This document shows positions 35,836-50,527 of a stretch of DNA of 64,000 nt, piece after piece (position 1 is the first letter of the stretch; each line of letters starts with the position of its first letter). The DNA is from Hypanus sabinus (lineage: Eukaryota), in NCBI RefSeq assembly GCF_030144855.1, contig NC_082722.1, forward strand, positions 27,094,001 to 27,158,000. The letters run 5' to 3'. The position numbers and the translations under genes were made by a program. The notes below the pieces were generated by a model. That model did no database searches. It had not been told where the DNA came from and was given only the letters and a program-made list of their open reading frames with translations.

Positions 35836-37544
35836 AAATTATTTGAGTTAATAACATAATTTTATTCATAGAAAGGCCTCTTTTTTTATCAGTGCGCGAT
35901 CTGACGTCAATATCCGACCACATTTCATTATTTTCTGCATTAAATTAAAATAAATCGCAATCATTTTCCAAATAGTCGCTCATGATGTAACCATTCACGC
36001 TTGGAAGGCTGACAACAATCGTTACGTTGAAAGGTTAAACTTAAAACTGTGTTTTATTTGACATTGTGATGAAGCTTCTCATTTTTCTCTTTCCAGAATG
36101 CACACGCCGTGGAATCGAAACACGGACATTGCAGAAAAAATGAGAAACATTCAGTTGCGAGAAAGAGGCTTTGAAGTCACATTATATATAAAAATTCCAC
36201 TGTCTGTAACCTAAACATTGAGCTTTAAAAATAAAACCAACAGTCTGCAAATCGATTTTTAGACACACGTAAATTTTAACCACAAAGGCTTTCCATGATG
36301 TCATCAGCGGGCCTGTTAGTGTATTTCCATTCTCTGCCATTTGTAATATCCTGTTAACCTGCACGAGCAGTTTGTTATAGAGCTTTAGCTGAACGAAAAC
36401 ATTGAATCCTGGAGTGCATCACGGAATACGGCTCGTCCACCCGTTCCATCCTTTCAGAAAGAAATATTTACGTAGCCACTCTTATACATGCCTGCAGGAA
36501 GATACCACTTCCTTTAACAACTTAATCTATATACCTACCGTCCTCTATCTGAAAACCATGCCGTGCCCAGCTGCCCTTTAAATCCTTTCTCTCTCAGATC
36601 ATAGCTATGTTTTCTAGATTTGGATCCCCTGTCTTGAGAAATGGGCTATGAGCATCTTGTATATTAATGTCCATAAAAATTGATTTATTTTCAAATTCCT
36701 AAAGTCCCCCCACAGTAACCTGTACTCCAGAGTAAACAGTCCATGTTTATCCAATCTCTCTGTGCCACTATAGCCTTCCATTCCAGGCAATATTCCAGAA
36801 AATCTCTTTTGCAATCGTTCTAACTCTACTACGTGCTATCTACTACCTGCTCTACAACAGCACGCGACACTCCAAGACCGTCCTCGCCATCGTCTACTGG
36901 TGCAACATGGTGCGTCAGCTGTTGTCATAATACTGCAAGACGGCAAGTAGGCTAAACTCCTTCTTATCTGGATCCTGATGTGCGTCGTTAAGAGCACACT
37001 AAAATCCATTTCTGTAGCAACGCTGCCAACGTCCCTCCAGTATATCTTGTCACTATTCACGTTACAGAAAATCATAAGCTCAGGAGGTTCTGAAATCCAA
37101 AGTAACAAACACAAAACGCTGGAGAAACTCAGTAGGTCAAGCGCCATTTTTGACAGTGGCTCCCAACTTCTGTTAATGGTGGGTGACCATGGCATGAAAA
37201 GGTTGGAAACCCCTGACATATGGATAGGTATGATACAGACAATCAACCGTTCGGGTCGATTCCTTTTTCAGTCTTTGAAGAGGATATGCCCCTGATTAGC
37301 CTGGTTTTTTTTCTTAGGGAGAGGGAAGCAACGTTCCCTCTACTTATTTTTTTTTAACAACAGCACAGGCCAACAATCCCTCCAAGAAGGAAAATTTGCC
37401 ATAGCTTGTAATAGGATTATGTACGGACTGACGGCTTATTAGCCGACTTCCATTCTGAGCTTATTGTTAGAATTTCCAACACCGTTGCAAGTTGAAACAC
37501 TGACAATGTAAATACGTTGACGCTCTAAAATGATACGCAGTAAT

Positions 37545-38500
37545 ATTTGTGGTACCGCAGTTATAAAAAAAGACATACGGATTATATACACCCAACTACC
37601 GCACAGAGTCTTGCCATCTTCAGAAGCTTTCTGATGACTCTGCCATATTTGGCTGCATCAGCAAGGGAGATGAGGGAGAGTACAGGGCTATGGTGGGAAA
37701 CTTTGTCACATGGTGTCAGCCGAATCGTCTGCAGCTTAATGTGAAAAAGTCTAAGGAGCTGTTGGTGGACCTGAGGAGGCCTAAGGACCCAGTGACATCT
37801 GTTTCCATCCAAGGGGTCGGTGTGGACATGGTGGAGGATTACAAATACCTGGGGGTACGAATTGACAATAAACGGGACTGGTCAAATAATACAGAGGCTA
37901 TCTAGAAGACGGGTCAGAGCCGTCTCTACTTCCTGAGGAGACTGAGGTCTTTTAACATCAGTCGAATGATGCTGAGGATTTTCTACGAGTCTGCGGTGGC
38001 CAGTGCTATCATGTTTGCTGTTGCGTACTGGTGCAGCAGGCACTGGGTAGCAGACACCAACAGAATTAACAAACACATTCGTAAGGCCAGTAATGTTGTG
38101 TGGGTGGAACTGGACACTTTGACGGTGGTCTCTGAAAAGAGGATGCTGTCCAAGTTGCATGCCATCTTGGACAATGTCTCCCATCCACTCCATAATGTAC
38201 TGGTTAGGCATCGGAGTACGTTCAGCCAGAAACTCATTCCACCGAGATGCAACAGTGAGCTCCATAGGAAGTCATTCTTGCCTGTGGCCATCAAACTTTA
38301 CAACTCCTCCCTCGGAGTATATGGAACCCTGAACCAATAGGCTGGTCCTGGACTTACTTACACTTGGAATAATTTACTCACTGTTTATTTATGTATTTAT
38401 TTATTTATATTGCTATATTTCTACACTATTCTTGGTTGGTGCAACTGTGACGAAATTCGGTTTCCCACGGGATCCAAAAAGTATCGCTGCCTGACAATTA
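37545..38500 (+). mobile_element. Rex1/Babar (CR1-group) LINE, 3' RT fragment
   Basis: QLNVKKSKELLVDLRR, YKYLGVRID, MLRIFYESAVASAIMFAVAYW, HRKSFLPVAIKLYN; tail ttcccacgggatccaaaaagta. Confidence 0.85.
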
Positions 38501-40611
38501 AATACAGGATATTTCATAATTATTTTTACATAGATTTCAAAATTATATCAGTAACAAATGCTACGTGTCCTAGAGTGCCGCAGTTACCAGGTGGGCGCAC
38601 CCGCGCATATGAGAGGGGACAGTGATGCCAAGTGTATACAGCCAACATTGATGGGAGGTTGGTTTCCTGACGAACTGAGCTGTCAGCATTTCGGTATTAC
38701 CATTGATTCGAGACTTATCTATCGCTTTGAATCGTGGTACAGTTGAATCATTTTTTTTTACGACAAAGATTTATTTGAAGAATATAGCAGGGGAATAACA
38801 AATGACTCAGAGCATACTTCGGTACAGTTGAATCTTGCTGTACAAAAGCTTCATGCTGTGTTCGTTACAGACAAGGATTATACATCTCTGAAAAAAAAAC
38901 TCTTACTTTGGAATAATCGATATAGATTCGTCTATAGACGGATGTATTACTTTGGTTCTGAAAAATAAAAGAATTCCTGTCATCATCATGCAGAAAGGGT
39001 ACTCTGGAAATAAACAATGTTATTTCAATCCGCCATCTGTATGATCCATCCACAAGGTGCAATGTACAGAGATGACCACGGGGCACTCACTGCGTTCACC
39101 TGCATTCAGATTTGTAAAAAATTCTAAATATAGTACGGTTCCTGTATTTATATTGAGTTACTACGCCAGACGTCCCTATCATAAAAGGCAATCAAATGCT
39201 AACTTCGCAGTCCAGCAGGTCGGAAGAGTTAAAATGTGCCTTACGAGGTAGCAACTTTTTTTTGCTGTTACTATATTTAGATTACACACTGCTCTGCCAT
39301 GAATCTTTACCATGTAAATTCAATACCCGCATATACCTGTTTCCGTGTGGGTGGGAGGGACCGCAATTCAGCGAATGCTTTCGAATTGCTAGCATCACTT
39401 ATTCGTTGTTTCCTTCTTATGTTGCCAGCGGGTCAGGCAGTTATTTGGCTGCATAAATATAATATTTATTTCACATCTTTCTGTGACCTGAACATTTTTC
39501 TCCTTTTGAACCTGTTGCGTAATATCTAAGACATTGATAAGATTAACGATGTCAAAATGATATTTATTAAAATGTGAAATAGTCATTCGTGAATGAGCGC
39601 TACAAAAAGCATACATATTGATACATACATTTACTATAGCCACTGCTTCTGAAATTTGCTTTTTCATAGAGTGCATTAAGAAACAATTGCCAGAAGAGGA
39701 TTTGGAAATGCAGTGCACTCACGTGCTTTTCTATCATCTTTAGAAAGCTCTGTTCATTTTGTATGCAGGGTATTCTACAGTGCTAGCAACTAATGCTGCA
39801 GGGTTGAAACGACGTTGAAATGAGCTGACAATGATTAAGTTATGAAGCATATTTTAGAAAATATCAACAGCACTTCACATTTGCTTGCTGAATTGGTCCG
39901 CTTTTGTGAATTTGCGATGCAAGAAAATAACAATCGGTGGTTTGTTACTTTTATTCATGGGTAGATGGAAATCGAAAAAGAGAGAAAGGAATAATCAGAT
40001 ATTATAAATTAATAATAAGACATAACTTTTGAAACTTTTACTGGTATGTAGAAGAGAAAGCATTATTTACAAGTGGAAAGGTCGAGGGGTTTTGCGATGC
40101 AATGTGACCTGGGTGAACGAACCCAATGAATGATTCAATGTGGGAAATCTACATCAGCCACCCATTATTCAGACAAATTTTCAAGCAGCAAGCGGGCTGT
40201 AGGGGTCACGGGTCGGCGTCAAAACGAGGATGCCGATCAAGCTAATAAGCCATCAGACCACAAGATACAAGAGGAGATTCTGGCCATTTTGCTGATGGGG
40301 TCTGCTCAGCCATTTCCTGCTGAGACCATAAGATATAATAGTAGAGGAAGACCATCCGGCCCATCGAGTCTGCTAGGCCATTGAATCATGGGCTGATCCA
40401 ATCTTTTTGGTCATGCCCAGTCCTCTGCCTTCTCCCATAACCTTTCATGCCCCGTATAATCAAGAAACTATCTATCTCTGCCTTGAGTACACCCAGTGAC
40501 TCGGCCTCCAGACGCTCGTGGCAACAAATTCCACGGATTTATCACCCTCTGACTAAAGTGATTTCTCCACATCTCAGTCATAAAAGAACGTCCTTCAATC
40601 CTGAAGTCGTA

Positions 40612-43600
40612 CAAGCAAGCAAGGAATGACGGCGCCGGTAACTGGCGACTCTGCGCGTGCTCTGCAGAGCAAACAGCCCTCTGCACTATCCTATACCCGA
40701 GAAACCCTTCTAAAGCTGCAATTTCTTACATCTAGCAAGATCAACAACACCCTGGCGAAGTTACTTACACAGCTGGAGATCATCGACGCGCCAAAATTGC
40801 TTCGATTCCAGACCGTACCTGGACACGAACGCCGAGGCCTGGTCCGAGGTCCACCATATTCCCGGAGACCCGCGGCCTGATAACGTGTGGTAGCGCCTGG
40901 AGACATGGCCTATTCCGACCAGCACCTCTCCGAAGCAGACAGCCAAACAGAAGTGATGTCGGAGACCTCTAAATACCCCAGAAGCTTCACCGGAGCGACC
41001 ACCGTCGAGCCTCTTCGGTGGCTATCCAGAGCTGCCTGAACTGAGGCCTCCACCGCAGAGTTCGGAACTCGAGCCCGGGGCTAGGCTGGAGCGGAGGCCG
41101 CCGCAACCGTGACACAGTTTACGGACTTGTTTCAGTCGGCAGCCCAGCTCTCCGGAATTAAGTGTCGGATTCGGGGCCCGGGACGATCTACATCCCGGAC
41201 CCCTACAGTTGGAGTGACAGCGGAGCCTGCCCCGTCACTCGGCCCGACCAAGAGCGTCCGAACCACGCGATCCGCGGATCGATCCCCGCGGGACGCGTCC
41301 ACCAAACTCAAAGAGCTGCCAACAACACACTGAATCGATAGAAATAAGGAAAGATGCACAAATTACTGAGGAACCGTGAGAAAAGAGTTGGGCTGCTGGT
41401 CAGATTGAAGCGGAGGGGCTTTAGGATCCCTCTTCCCACCATGCTACCAGCTAATGTGCAAACTATACAGAACAAAGTGGATGATCTTAAAGGGTGACTC
41501 ACCTACTGCATGGAGATGTAGAACTGCTGCGTATTCTGTTTCACAGAGACCTGGCTCTCTCCTGCCACCCCCGACTGTGCTATCTGACCAGAGAGACTTT
41601 CGATCCATCGATAGACTGAACGGCGTCTTCGGGCAAGACGAAGGGATGTGGAGTCTGCTTACTGATCAACACCGCGTGGTATTTGGACACAGTAGCACTG
41701 ACAAGCTCCCGCAGTCCGAACCTGGAACATCTGTGGGTGAAGTGTCGTCCTTATGATCTGCTACGGGAATTCACCTCGGTCATACTGACAGCGGCCTGCA
41801 TACCACCCCTCCCCCAGGCAGTCTTGTAGTGTGCTGTAAATACACTGTATACCAGCATCAGTGAGCTTGACACCAGATATCCGGAGGCTTTGCTCATTTC
41901 AGCCGGGATCCTCAGGCCAACCTCAGAAAAGCGCTGCCAAAGTTATATCCACATGTCTCCTGCTGCACTAAAGGCTGGAATATAGTAGACTACTGCTACA
42001 CAGCAGTCAAGGATGCCTACCGTTCCGTCCAACTACCTCACATAGGAAAATCGGTCCATCAGGCCGCACTGCTCCACCCGGCTTACAAACAGAATCTGAA
42101 GCAGGAGTTCACGGTGTCAAAAGTGGTGTCGCGTTGGACAAAGGAAACGGATGAGATCCTCCATGAATGCTTTGAATCGGTATTCAAGGACTCGGCAGCT
42201 AACCTCGATGAGTATGCCTCAGCTGTCATGGACCTTATCTGGAAATGCACAGAACACTGTGTGTCTCGCAAGTCGATCCGGGTATTCCCTAACCGGAAGC
42301 CTTGGATGACTTATGAGGTCCAGCCCCTTTTGAAAGCTAGAGCTGCGGCTTTTATGTCCGGAGATACCAGTCGCTACATGGAATCCATGCGTAAACTCCG
42401 GAATGCCATTAAGGGCGCCAAGAGGCAATATCGAGCCATGTTGGAAGCCCAGGCTAACCAGAGGAATGGCAGTAGACCATGGCAGGGTCTAAATGAGATC
42501 ACTGGGCGCAAAGAAAAGGCTGGGAATCTCAATAAATGTAGCGCTTCTCTTCCTGACGAAGAGAACTTAACATAATCTATGCAAGATTCGAACAGAAGAG
42601 GAACGTCTGCCCCCTCTGGATGAACTGGATCTGGCGGCATCAAGATTCATCGACCCGAGGAAGAGGTTAGAAGAGCCTTCCTGAAAATAAATCCAAAGAA
42701 TGCGACGGGCCCAAATGGCGTTTCGTGACGGGTTCTCCGGGCCTGTGAAAGCGTGCTAGCTGAAGTGTTTGCTGACATCTTCAACTGCTCCCTGTTTCTG
42801 TCTGAGATCCCCTCGTGTTTTAGAAAGGCAACGATAATCCCGGAGCCGAAGAAAAGCAAGGTGGCATGCCTGAATGACTACCGACCTGTGACTCTAACAT
42901 CAATTGCTATGAAGTGTTTCCAGCGATTGGTTATGGCACAGATCAACCATAAACTACCGGTCAACTTTGACGCTTTGCAACTCGCCTACTTGAGCAACAG
43001 GTCAACAGCAGATGCCATCTCTCTGGCACTATATTCCTCCTTAGAACACCTGGAGAATAAAGACGCATATGTAAGGCCCCTTTTCAACGAGTACAGCTTT
43101 GCCTTTAATACCATTATTCCAAATAAACTGATTCCTTAGCTCCGGAACCTGGGTCTTAGCACTTAGCTCTGCAGCTGGATCTTCAACTTCCTCAGAGACA
43201 AGACCAGGGTTGTTAAGATAGGGGACAAGCTCTCCTCTACAATCACTCAGAGCACCGGTGCCCCACAAGGCTGTGTACTCAGCCCCTTGCTGTACTCACT
43301 GTGCACTCATGATCGTATAGCCAAGTTTCCATCGGACACAATATATAAGTTTGCTGAACACGCCACAATTGTAGGCCACATCTTTGGTGATAATGAGTCC
43401 GAGTACAGAGAGGAAACTAAGAATCTGGTGGAATGGCGCGAAGACAATAACCTATTCCTCACCGTCAGCAAGACGAAGGAAATGGTTGTTGAATTCAGAA
43501 GGTGTAGCAAACCACATGACTTCATCTACATCGGTGGTGTGCAGGTGGATCAGGTCATAAGCTTTAATTTCCTCGGGGTGAATATCACAAATGACCTGAC

Positions 43601-44232
43601 TTGTAGACCAAGCAGAGCTCACTGTCAAGAAGGCCCAAGAGCACCTTTACTTCCTGAGAATGCTGAAGAAATTTGGCCTGTTCCCTAAAACCCTCACTAG
43701 TTTTTATAGTTGTACCGTAGAAAGCATTCTTCTAGGGTGCATTCCAACTTGGTATGGAAGTTGTCCTGTCTAAGACCGGAGGAAGCTGCAGAAGATCGTG
43801 AACCTATCACAGCATATCACACAAACCTTAGACTCACTTTACAACACATGCTGTTGGAGCAGTGCTGCCAGGACAATCAAGGATAAATCCCACACCGCCA
43901 ACACCCTTTTTGCCCCATGACCCTCTGGAGAAGGGAGAAGGTTCAGGAGCTTGAAAATACGTAGGGCCAGATTTGGGAACAGCTTCCTTCCAACTGTGAT
44001 AAGACTGCTAAACAGATACTGATCCGGATATGGGCCGTACTTTCCAAATATCTTTAACTGACTTCCACTACCGTACTTTCCCTTTTCTATCTTCTAATTT
44101 TGAATTATAATTCATTTTTTTATTATATTTACTTCGATTTGTCCGTCAGGGAGTCCGATGCGCAGAAGCAAATATCTCTGTGATGATTGTACGCTCTAGT
44201 ATCAATTGTTTGGTGACGATAAAGTATTTGTA
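40612..44232 (+). mobile_element. Near full-length Rex1/Babar LINE, frameshifted
   Basis: GC-rich 5' region; APE start IPLPTMLPANVQTIQNKVDDL; VFPNRKPWMT; [49 protein letters not shown]; 3' tail ending gataaagtattt. Confidence 0.88.
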
Positions 44233-45439
44233 AACTGGCCTCTTTCCTAGAATCCCGAACCATGGGAATTAAATTTCGCATCTGTAAATTTCCCATAAAT
44301 TTCTAACCTGTCCAGGCCATTTAAAATTCGGTATGTTTCTGTGCGATCCCCCCTCATTCTCATGAACTCCGCAAAATTCAGCCCCAAGAGCTACCAGACT
44401 TTCCTCATACAGTAACCCTTTCAATCGTGGAATGATTTTTATAAATCTTCTCTGAACACTGTCCAATGTCAGTATATCCTTTCTAAAATAAGAAGCCCAA
44501 AACTGCACACAATACTCCAAGTGTGGTCTCACGAGTGCCTTATAGAGCCTCAACATCACAACGCTCTTTTTATATTCTGTATCTCTAGAAATGAATGCCA
44601 ACATTGCATTCGCCTTCTTCACAACAGACTCATCCAGCAGGTTAACCTTTAAGGTATCTTGAACAAGAAATCCCAAGTCTATTTGCATCTCTGCATCTTA
44701 AATTCTCTCCCATTCTAAATAATAGTCTCCCCTTTTATTCTTTCCACCAAAATGCATGATCATACATTTTCCTACATTATATTTCTTTTGCCACTTCTTT
44801 ACCCATTTCCCTAAACTATTTAAGTCTCTCTGCAGGCTCTCTGTTTCCACAATACTATCCGCTCCTCCACCTATCTTTGTATCATCGGCAAATTTAGTCA
44901 CAAACCCATTCATACCATAGTCCAAATCATCGACAATCATCGTAAAAATCAGCAGTCCCAACACCGACCCCTGTGGAACTCCACTGGTAACCGGTAGCCA
45001 GCCAGCAGTGCATCCTTTTATTCCCACTCTCTGTTTTCTCCCGACTAGCCAATGCTCCACTCATGGCAGTAACTTCTCTTTAATTCCATGGGCTTTTATC
45101 TTGCTAAGTAGCTTCCTGTGCGGGGCCTTGTCAAAGGCCTTTTGAAAATCCAAATACACCACATCTTCCACGTGTCTTTTGTCTACCCTGCTTCAATTTC
45201 CTCAAAAATTTGCAGTATGTTAGTCAGAGAGTGTTTTCTTTTCAGGAAACCATTCTGGCTTTGGCCTATCTTGTAATTTGCCTTCAGGTCCTCGTAATCT
45301 CTTCCCTAACAACGGATTCAAATGACTTCCCAACCAATGATGTCAGGCTAAGAGGTCCATAGTTTCCTTTCTGCTGCCTCATCACTCTTCTTAAATAGTG
45401 GAGCTGCATTTTGAATTGGCCAGCCATCTGGTACAAAGA

Positions 45440-45912
45440 TGTTGTACCAACAAAGGTGTTGTCTGGATGGGGGAGCATGTATTCTGAGACTAGGTTGAGT
45501 GAACTCGGCCTTTACTTCTTGGATCCACGGCGGATGTGATCTGACCTGATAGAGGTGTATAAGACAATGAGAGGCATTGATCGTGTGGATAGTCAGAGGC
45601 TTTCGCCCAGGGCTGAAATGGCTAGCGTGAGAGGGTACAGGTTTATGGTGCTTGGAAGATGGAACAGAAGAGATGTCAGGGTTAGGTTTTGTACACAAAG
45701 TGTTGTAAGTGCATGGAATGAGCTGCCAGCGGTCTTAGTGGAGGCGGAAACGATAGGGTCTTTCAAGAGACTCCTGAACAGGTACATGAAGCATGGAAAA
45801 ACAGAGGGCCATGTGTAAGCCTAGGCAGTTCTAGGCTAAGGACATTTTCGGTAAAACTTTGTGGGGCGAAGTTCCTTTAATGTGCTGTAGGTTCTCGATA
45901 TTTTTATGTTTC
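45440..45912 (+). mobile_element. CR1 3' fragment nested in the host CR1
   Basis: DLIEVYKTMRGIDRVDSQRLSP motif and tail gtgctgtaggttctcgatatttttatgtttcta. Confidence 0.8.
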
Positions 45913-46533
45913 TAATAGCTGAATCTATCGATTATTCAGAAATCATCGTTAATCCCTCTGCAACCTCTCCAGCTATTTCCCTCAGGCTCCGAAGTTGCAT
46001 TCCGTCATGTCCCTGAGATTTATCCACCCTCAGACAAGCTTCCTGAGCACCTTCTCTGTCGTAATGTGCACTGCACAAACTTCGTTTCCCTGACACTCTT
46101 GATTACCCGGTATACTGCAAACGTCTTCCACTGTGAAGACAGACGCACAATACGCATTCTCTGCATCTCTCATGACAATATCTCCAGCGTCATTTTTCTT
46201 TGGTCCTATTTCTACCCTGGACTACCTTTAACCCTTTTTATACTGAAAGAACTTTCAGTATCCTCTTTCATATTGCTCACCATCTTCCTTTCAGAAATCA
46301 TCTTTTCCTTCCTAATGATCTTCATAGTTTCTTTTTGCAAGTTTTTAAAAGGTTTCCAATTCTCTATCTCTCCACGAGTTTTGGCTTTCTTGTATGCTGT
46401 ATCTTTTGTTTTTACTTTGGCTCTGACTTTTCCTTGTTAGCCACGGTAGTGTCCTTATTACCTTTGAAAATATCTTCTTATTTGGAATATATCTGTCTCG
46501 CAGTTCCCTCATTTTTCGCAGCTCCAACCATTG

Positions 46534-49500
46534 TGGGCCGAATGTCCTTCAATGTGCTGTAGCTTTTCTATAGTTCTTTCTTTCTATGTTTTTATGTTTC
46601 TGCACGACTAATTGTGCAGGAAGACTGTCCAACTGCAGATTCTGGCAGACCGCATTAAGCATCTGGAGCTGCGATTGGAAGCATCCTGAAGCATCTGCGA
46701 TACGGAGAAAGTCGTGAATCGCACGTTCAGTGAGTTGGGCACACCGCAAGTAAAGGCGACGCAGTTAGAAATGGAAGGGGTGGCCACTAGACAGCGTAGC
46801 AGTTGGCAGGTAGTGCAGGAGAACCCTGACGTTATTTTTCTCCTAAACTGGATACTGTTGGTGGAGATGTATCATCAAGGAAAGGCAGCAGCAGCCGAGT
46901 TCGTTGCACCATGGGTGGCTCTGCGGCACAGGAGGGAAGGAAAAGGAGAGAGAGACCTACAACGATAGGGGATTCGATTGTAAGGGGAATAGATCGGCGT
47001 TTCTGCGGCCGCAGACGAGACTCCAGGATGGTACGTTGCCTCCCTGGTGCAAGGGTCAAGGATGTCTCTGAGTGGCTGCAGGACATTCTAGAATGGGAGG
47101 GTAAACAGCCAGTGGTCGTGGGTGCACATACGTACCAACGACATAGGTAAAAACGGGTTGAGTTCGTACGAGGTGAATTTAACGAGTAATGAGATAAACT
47201 AAAAAGTAGAGCCACAAAGGTAATAATCTCAGGATTACTACCAGTGCCACGTGCTAGTCAGAGTAGAAATAGGAGGATATTTCAGATGAATACGTGGCTT
47301 GAAAATTGGTGCAATAGGGAGGGATTCAAATTTCTGGGTCATTGGAAACAGTTCTGGGGGAGGTGGGACCGGTATAAACAGGGCGTTCTGCACCTTGGCT
47401 GGACTGGATCCAATGTCCTTGGGGAAGCGTTTGCTACTGCCGTTCAGGAGGCTTTAAACTAATGTTGCAGGGGGATGGGAACAAGTGCAGAGAGACTGAG
47501 GGTTTTAAAATGATGGTAGAAGCAAAAAGTTGTAAGGTGAAAAGTAAAAGTGGCAGGCAGGCAAATCCAGGGCAAAAAGAAAAAAGAGCTACTCCTCAAC
47601 ATAATTTTATAAGGGCTAAGGGTGTTGTAAAAACAAGCCTGAAGGCTTTGTGTGTCAATGCGAGGAACATTCGTAATAAGGTGAATCAATTAAATGTGCC
47701 GCTAGTCATTAATGAATATGATATAGTTGGGATCACAGAGACATGGCTCCTGGGTGACTAAGGATGGGAGCTCAACATCCAATGATATTCAATATTCAGG
47801 AGGGATAGACAGGAAAGAAAAGGAAATGTGGTAGCATTGCTGGTTAGAGAGGAGATTAACGCAATAGAAAGGAAGGACGTTAGCCTGGAGGAGTTGGAAT
47901 CGATATGGGTAGAGCTGCATAACACTAAGGGGCAGAAAACGTTGGTGGGAGTTGTGTACAAGCCACCTAAGAGTAGTAGTGAAGTTGGGGATGGCATTAA
48001 ACAGGAAATTAGAAATGCGTGCGATAAAGGAACAGTAGTTATAATGGTTGACTTCAATCTACAGATAGCTTGGGAGAACAAAATTGGCAATGGTGCAGAG
48101 GATGAGGATTTCTTGGAATATATGCGGGATGGTTTTCTGAACCAACATGTCGAGGAACCAACCAGGGAGCAGGCCATTCTAGATTGGGTATTGAGCAATG
48201 AGAAAGGATTAGTTAGCAATCTTGTCGTGCGAGGCCCCTTGGGTAAGAGTGACCATAATATGGTGGAATTCTTCATTAAGATGGAGAGTGACATAGTTAA
48301 TTCAGAAACAAAGGTTCTGAACTTAATGAAGGGTAACTTCGAAGGTATGGGACGTGACTTATCTAAGATAGAATTGCAAATGATACTTAAAGGTTTGACG
48401 GAGGATATGCAATGGCAAGCATTTAAAGATCGCATGGATGAACTACGACAATTGTTCATCCCGGTTTGGCAAAATAGTAAAACAGGGAAGTTAGTACACC
48501 CGTGGCTGACAAGGGAAATTAGTGATAGTATCAAGTCCAAAGAATAAACATATAAATTAGCCAAAAAAAAGCGGCACACCTGAGGACTGGGCGAAATTCA
48601 GAGAACAGCAGAGGGGAACAAAGGGCTTAATTAGGAAAGCGAAAAAAAAACATTATGAGAGAAAGCTGGCAGGGAACATAAAAACTGGCTGAAAAAGCTT
48701 TTTATAGATATGTGAAAAGAAAAAGATTGGTCAAGACAAATATAGGTCCTTTACAGTCAGAAACAGGTGAATTGATCATAGGGAACAAAGGCACGGCAGA
48801 CCATTTGAATAATTACTTTGGTTATGTCTTCACTAAGGAGGACATAAATAATCTTCTGGAAATAGTAAGGGACCGAGGGTCTAGTGAGATGGACGTACTG
48901 AGGGAAATACATGTTAAGAGGGAAGTGGTGTTAGGTAAATTGAAGAGATTAAAGGTCGATAAATCCCCAGGGCCAGGTGGTCTGCATCCCAGAATGCTTA
49001 AGGAAGTAGCCCGAGAAATAATGGATGCATTGGTGATAATTTTTCAAAACTCCTTAGATTTTGGATTAGTTCCTGAGGATTGGAGGGTGGGTAATGTAAC
49101 CCCAATTTTTAAAAAAAGAAGGAGAGAGAAACCGGGGAATTATAGATCGGTTATTCTGACATCGGCGATGGGGAAAATGCTAGAGTCGTTTTTCAAAGAT
49201 GTGATAACAACACATTTGGAAAGAGGTGAAATTATCAGACAAAGTCAGCGTGGATTTGTGAAAGGAAAATCATGTCTGACAAAGTGAAGATGTAACTAGT
49301 TGTGTGGGTAGGGGAGAGCCAGTGGATGTGCTATATTTAGATTTTCAAAAGGCTTTTGACAAGGTCCTACACAGGAGAGTAGTGTGCAAAATTAAAGCAC
49401 GCGGTATTGCGTGTATGGTATTGATGTGGATAGTGAATTGGTTGACAGACAGGAAGCAAAGAGTGGGAGTAAACGGGACCTTTTCAGAATGGCAGGCAGT

Positions 49501-50527
49501 GATTAGTGGGGTACCGCCAGGCTTGGTGATGGGACCGCAGTTGTTTACAATATATATTAATGATTTAGACGAGGGAAATAAATGCATAATCTCCAAGTTT
49601 GCGGATGACACGAAGCTGGGTGGCGATGTTAGCTGTGAGGATGATGCTAGGAGTATGCAGGCTGCCTTGGATAGGTTATGTGAGTGGGCAAGTTCATAGC
49701 AGATGCAATTTAATGTGGATAAATGTGAGGTTATCCACTTTGGTTGCAAGAACAGGAAAACAGATTATTATATGAATGGCGGCCGATTAGGAAAAGGGGA
49801 GAAGCAACGAGACCTGGGTGTCATTGTACACCAGTCATTGAAGGTGGGCATGCAGGTACAGCAGGCGGTGAAAAAGGCAAATTATATGTTAGCATTCATA
49901 GCAAAAGGATTTGAGTACAGGAGCAGGGAGTTTCTACTGCAGTTGTACAAGGCCTTGGTGAGACCGCACCTAGAATATTGTGTGCAGTTTTGGTCCCCTA
50001 ATCTGCGGAAAGGCATTTTTGCCATAGAGGAAATACAGAGAAGGATCAGCAGATTGATTCCTGGGATGGCAGGACTTTCATATGAAGAAAGACTGGAGCG
50101 ACTAGGCTTATACTCACCGGAATTTAGAAGTTTGAGTGGGGTTCTTATTGAAACGTATAAAATTCTAAAGGGTTCGGACAGGCTAGATGCAGGAAGATTA
50201 TTTCCGTTGTTGGGGAAGTCCAGAACGAGGGTTCACAGTTTAAGGATAAAGGGGAAGCCTTCTAGGACCGAGATGAAGAAAAACTTCTTCACACAGAGAG
50301 TGGTGAATCTGTGGAATTCTCTGCCACAGGAAACAGTTAAGGCCGGTTCATTGGCAATACTTAAGAGGAAGTTAGATATGGCCCTTGTGGCTAAAGCGGT
50401 CAGGGGCTATGGAGAGAAAGCAGGAACAGGGTTCTGAGTTGGATGATCAGCCATGATCATACTGAACGGCAGTGCAGACTCGAAGGGCTGAATGGCCTAC
50501 TCCTGCAAATATTTTCTGTTTCTATTG
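46534..50527 (+). mobile_element. Near full-length CR1 LINE (SGNH-esterase ORF1, APE-RT ORF2), recently disabled
   Basis: ORF1 IGDSIVRG...CLPGARVKDV; APE VGITETWL, GVVYKPP, DWVLSN, LGKSDH; RT YLDFQKAFDKV, SGVPPG, KFADDTKLGG; attg duplicated at both ends. Confidence 0.92.

Larger units (their letters stand above)
30211..36430 (+). repeat. Segmental duplication block A (5' flank of the intact gene; paralog of 58278-63360)
   Basis: Colinear anchors: attgcgaatgagaatggtctgtctgaaa, atggtcaaggctacgtcgatgcc, aacaaggactggaaccaattgtcc, aaacattgaatcctggagtgcatcacgg; about 80% by eye with indels. Confidence 0.9.

Noticed and set aside
36080-36210. Plus-strand acceptor ttctcatttttctctttccag conserved in A and A'
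   Set aside because: The downstream reading frame is not conserved (early TAG in A'); conservation is explained by the duplication.
47758-49749. Long antisense ORFs (273 aa and 134 aa) and similar ORF-track entries over repeats
   Set aside because: Shadow ORFs on the opposite strand of CR1 or Rex1 coding sequence.
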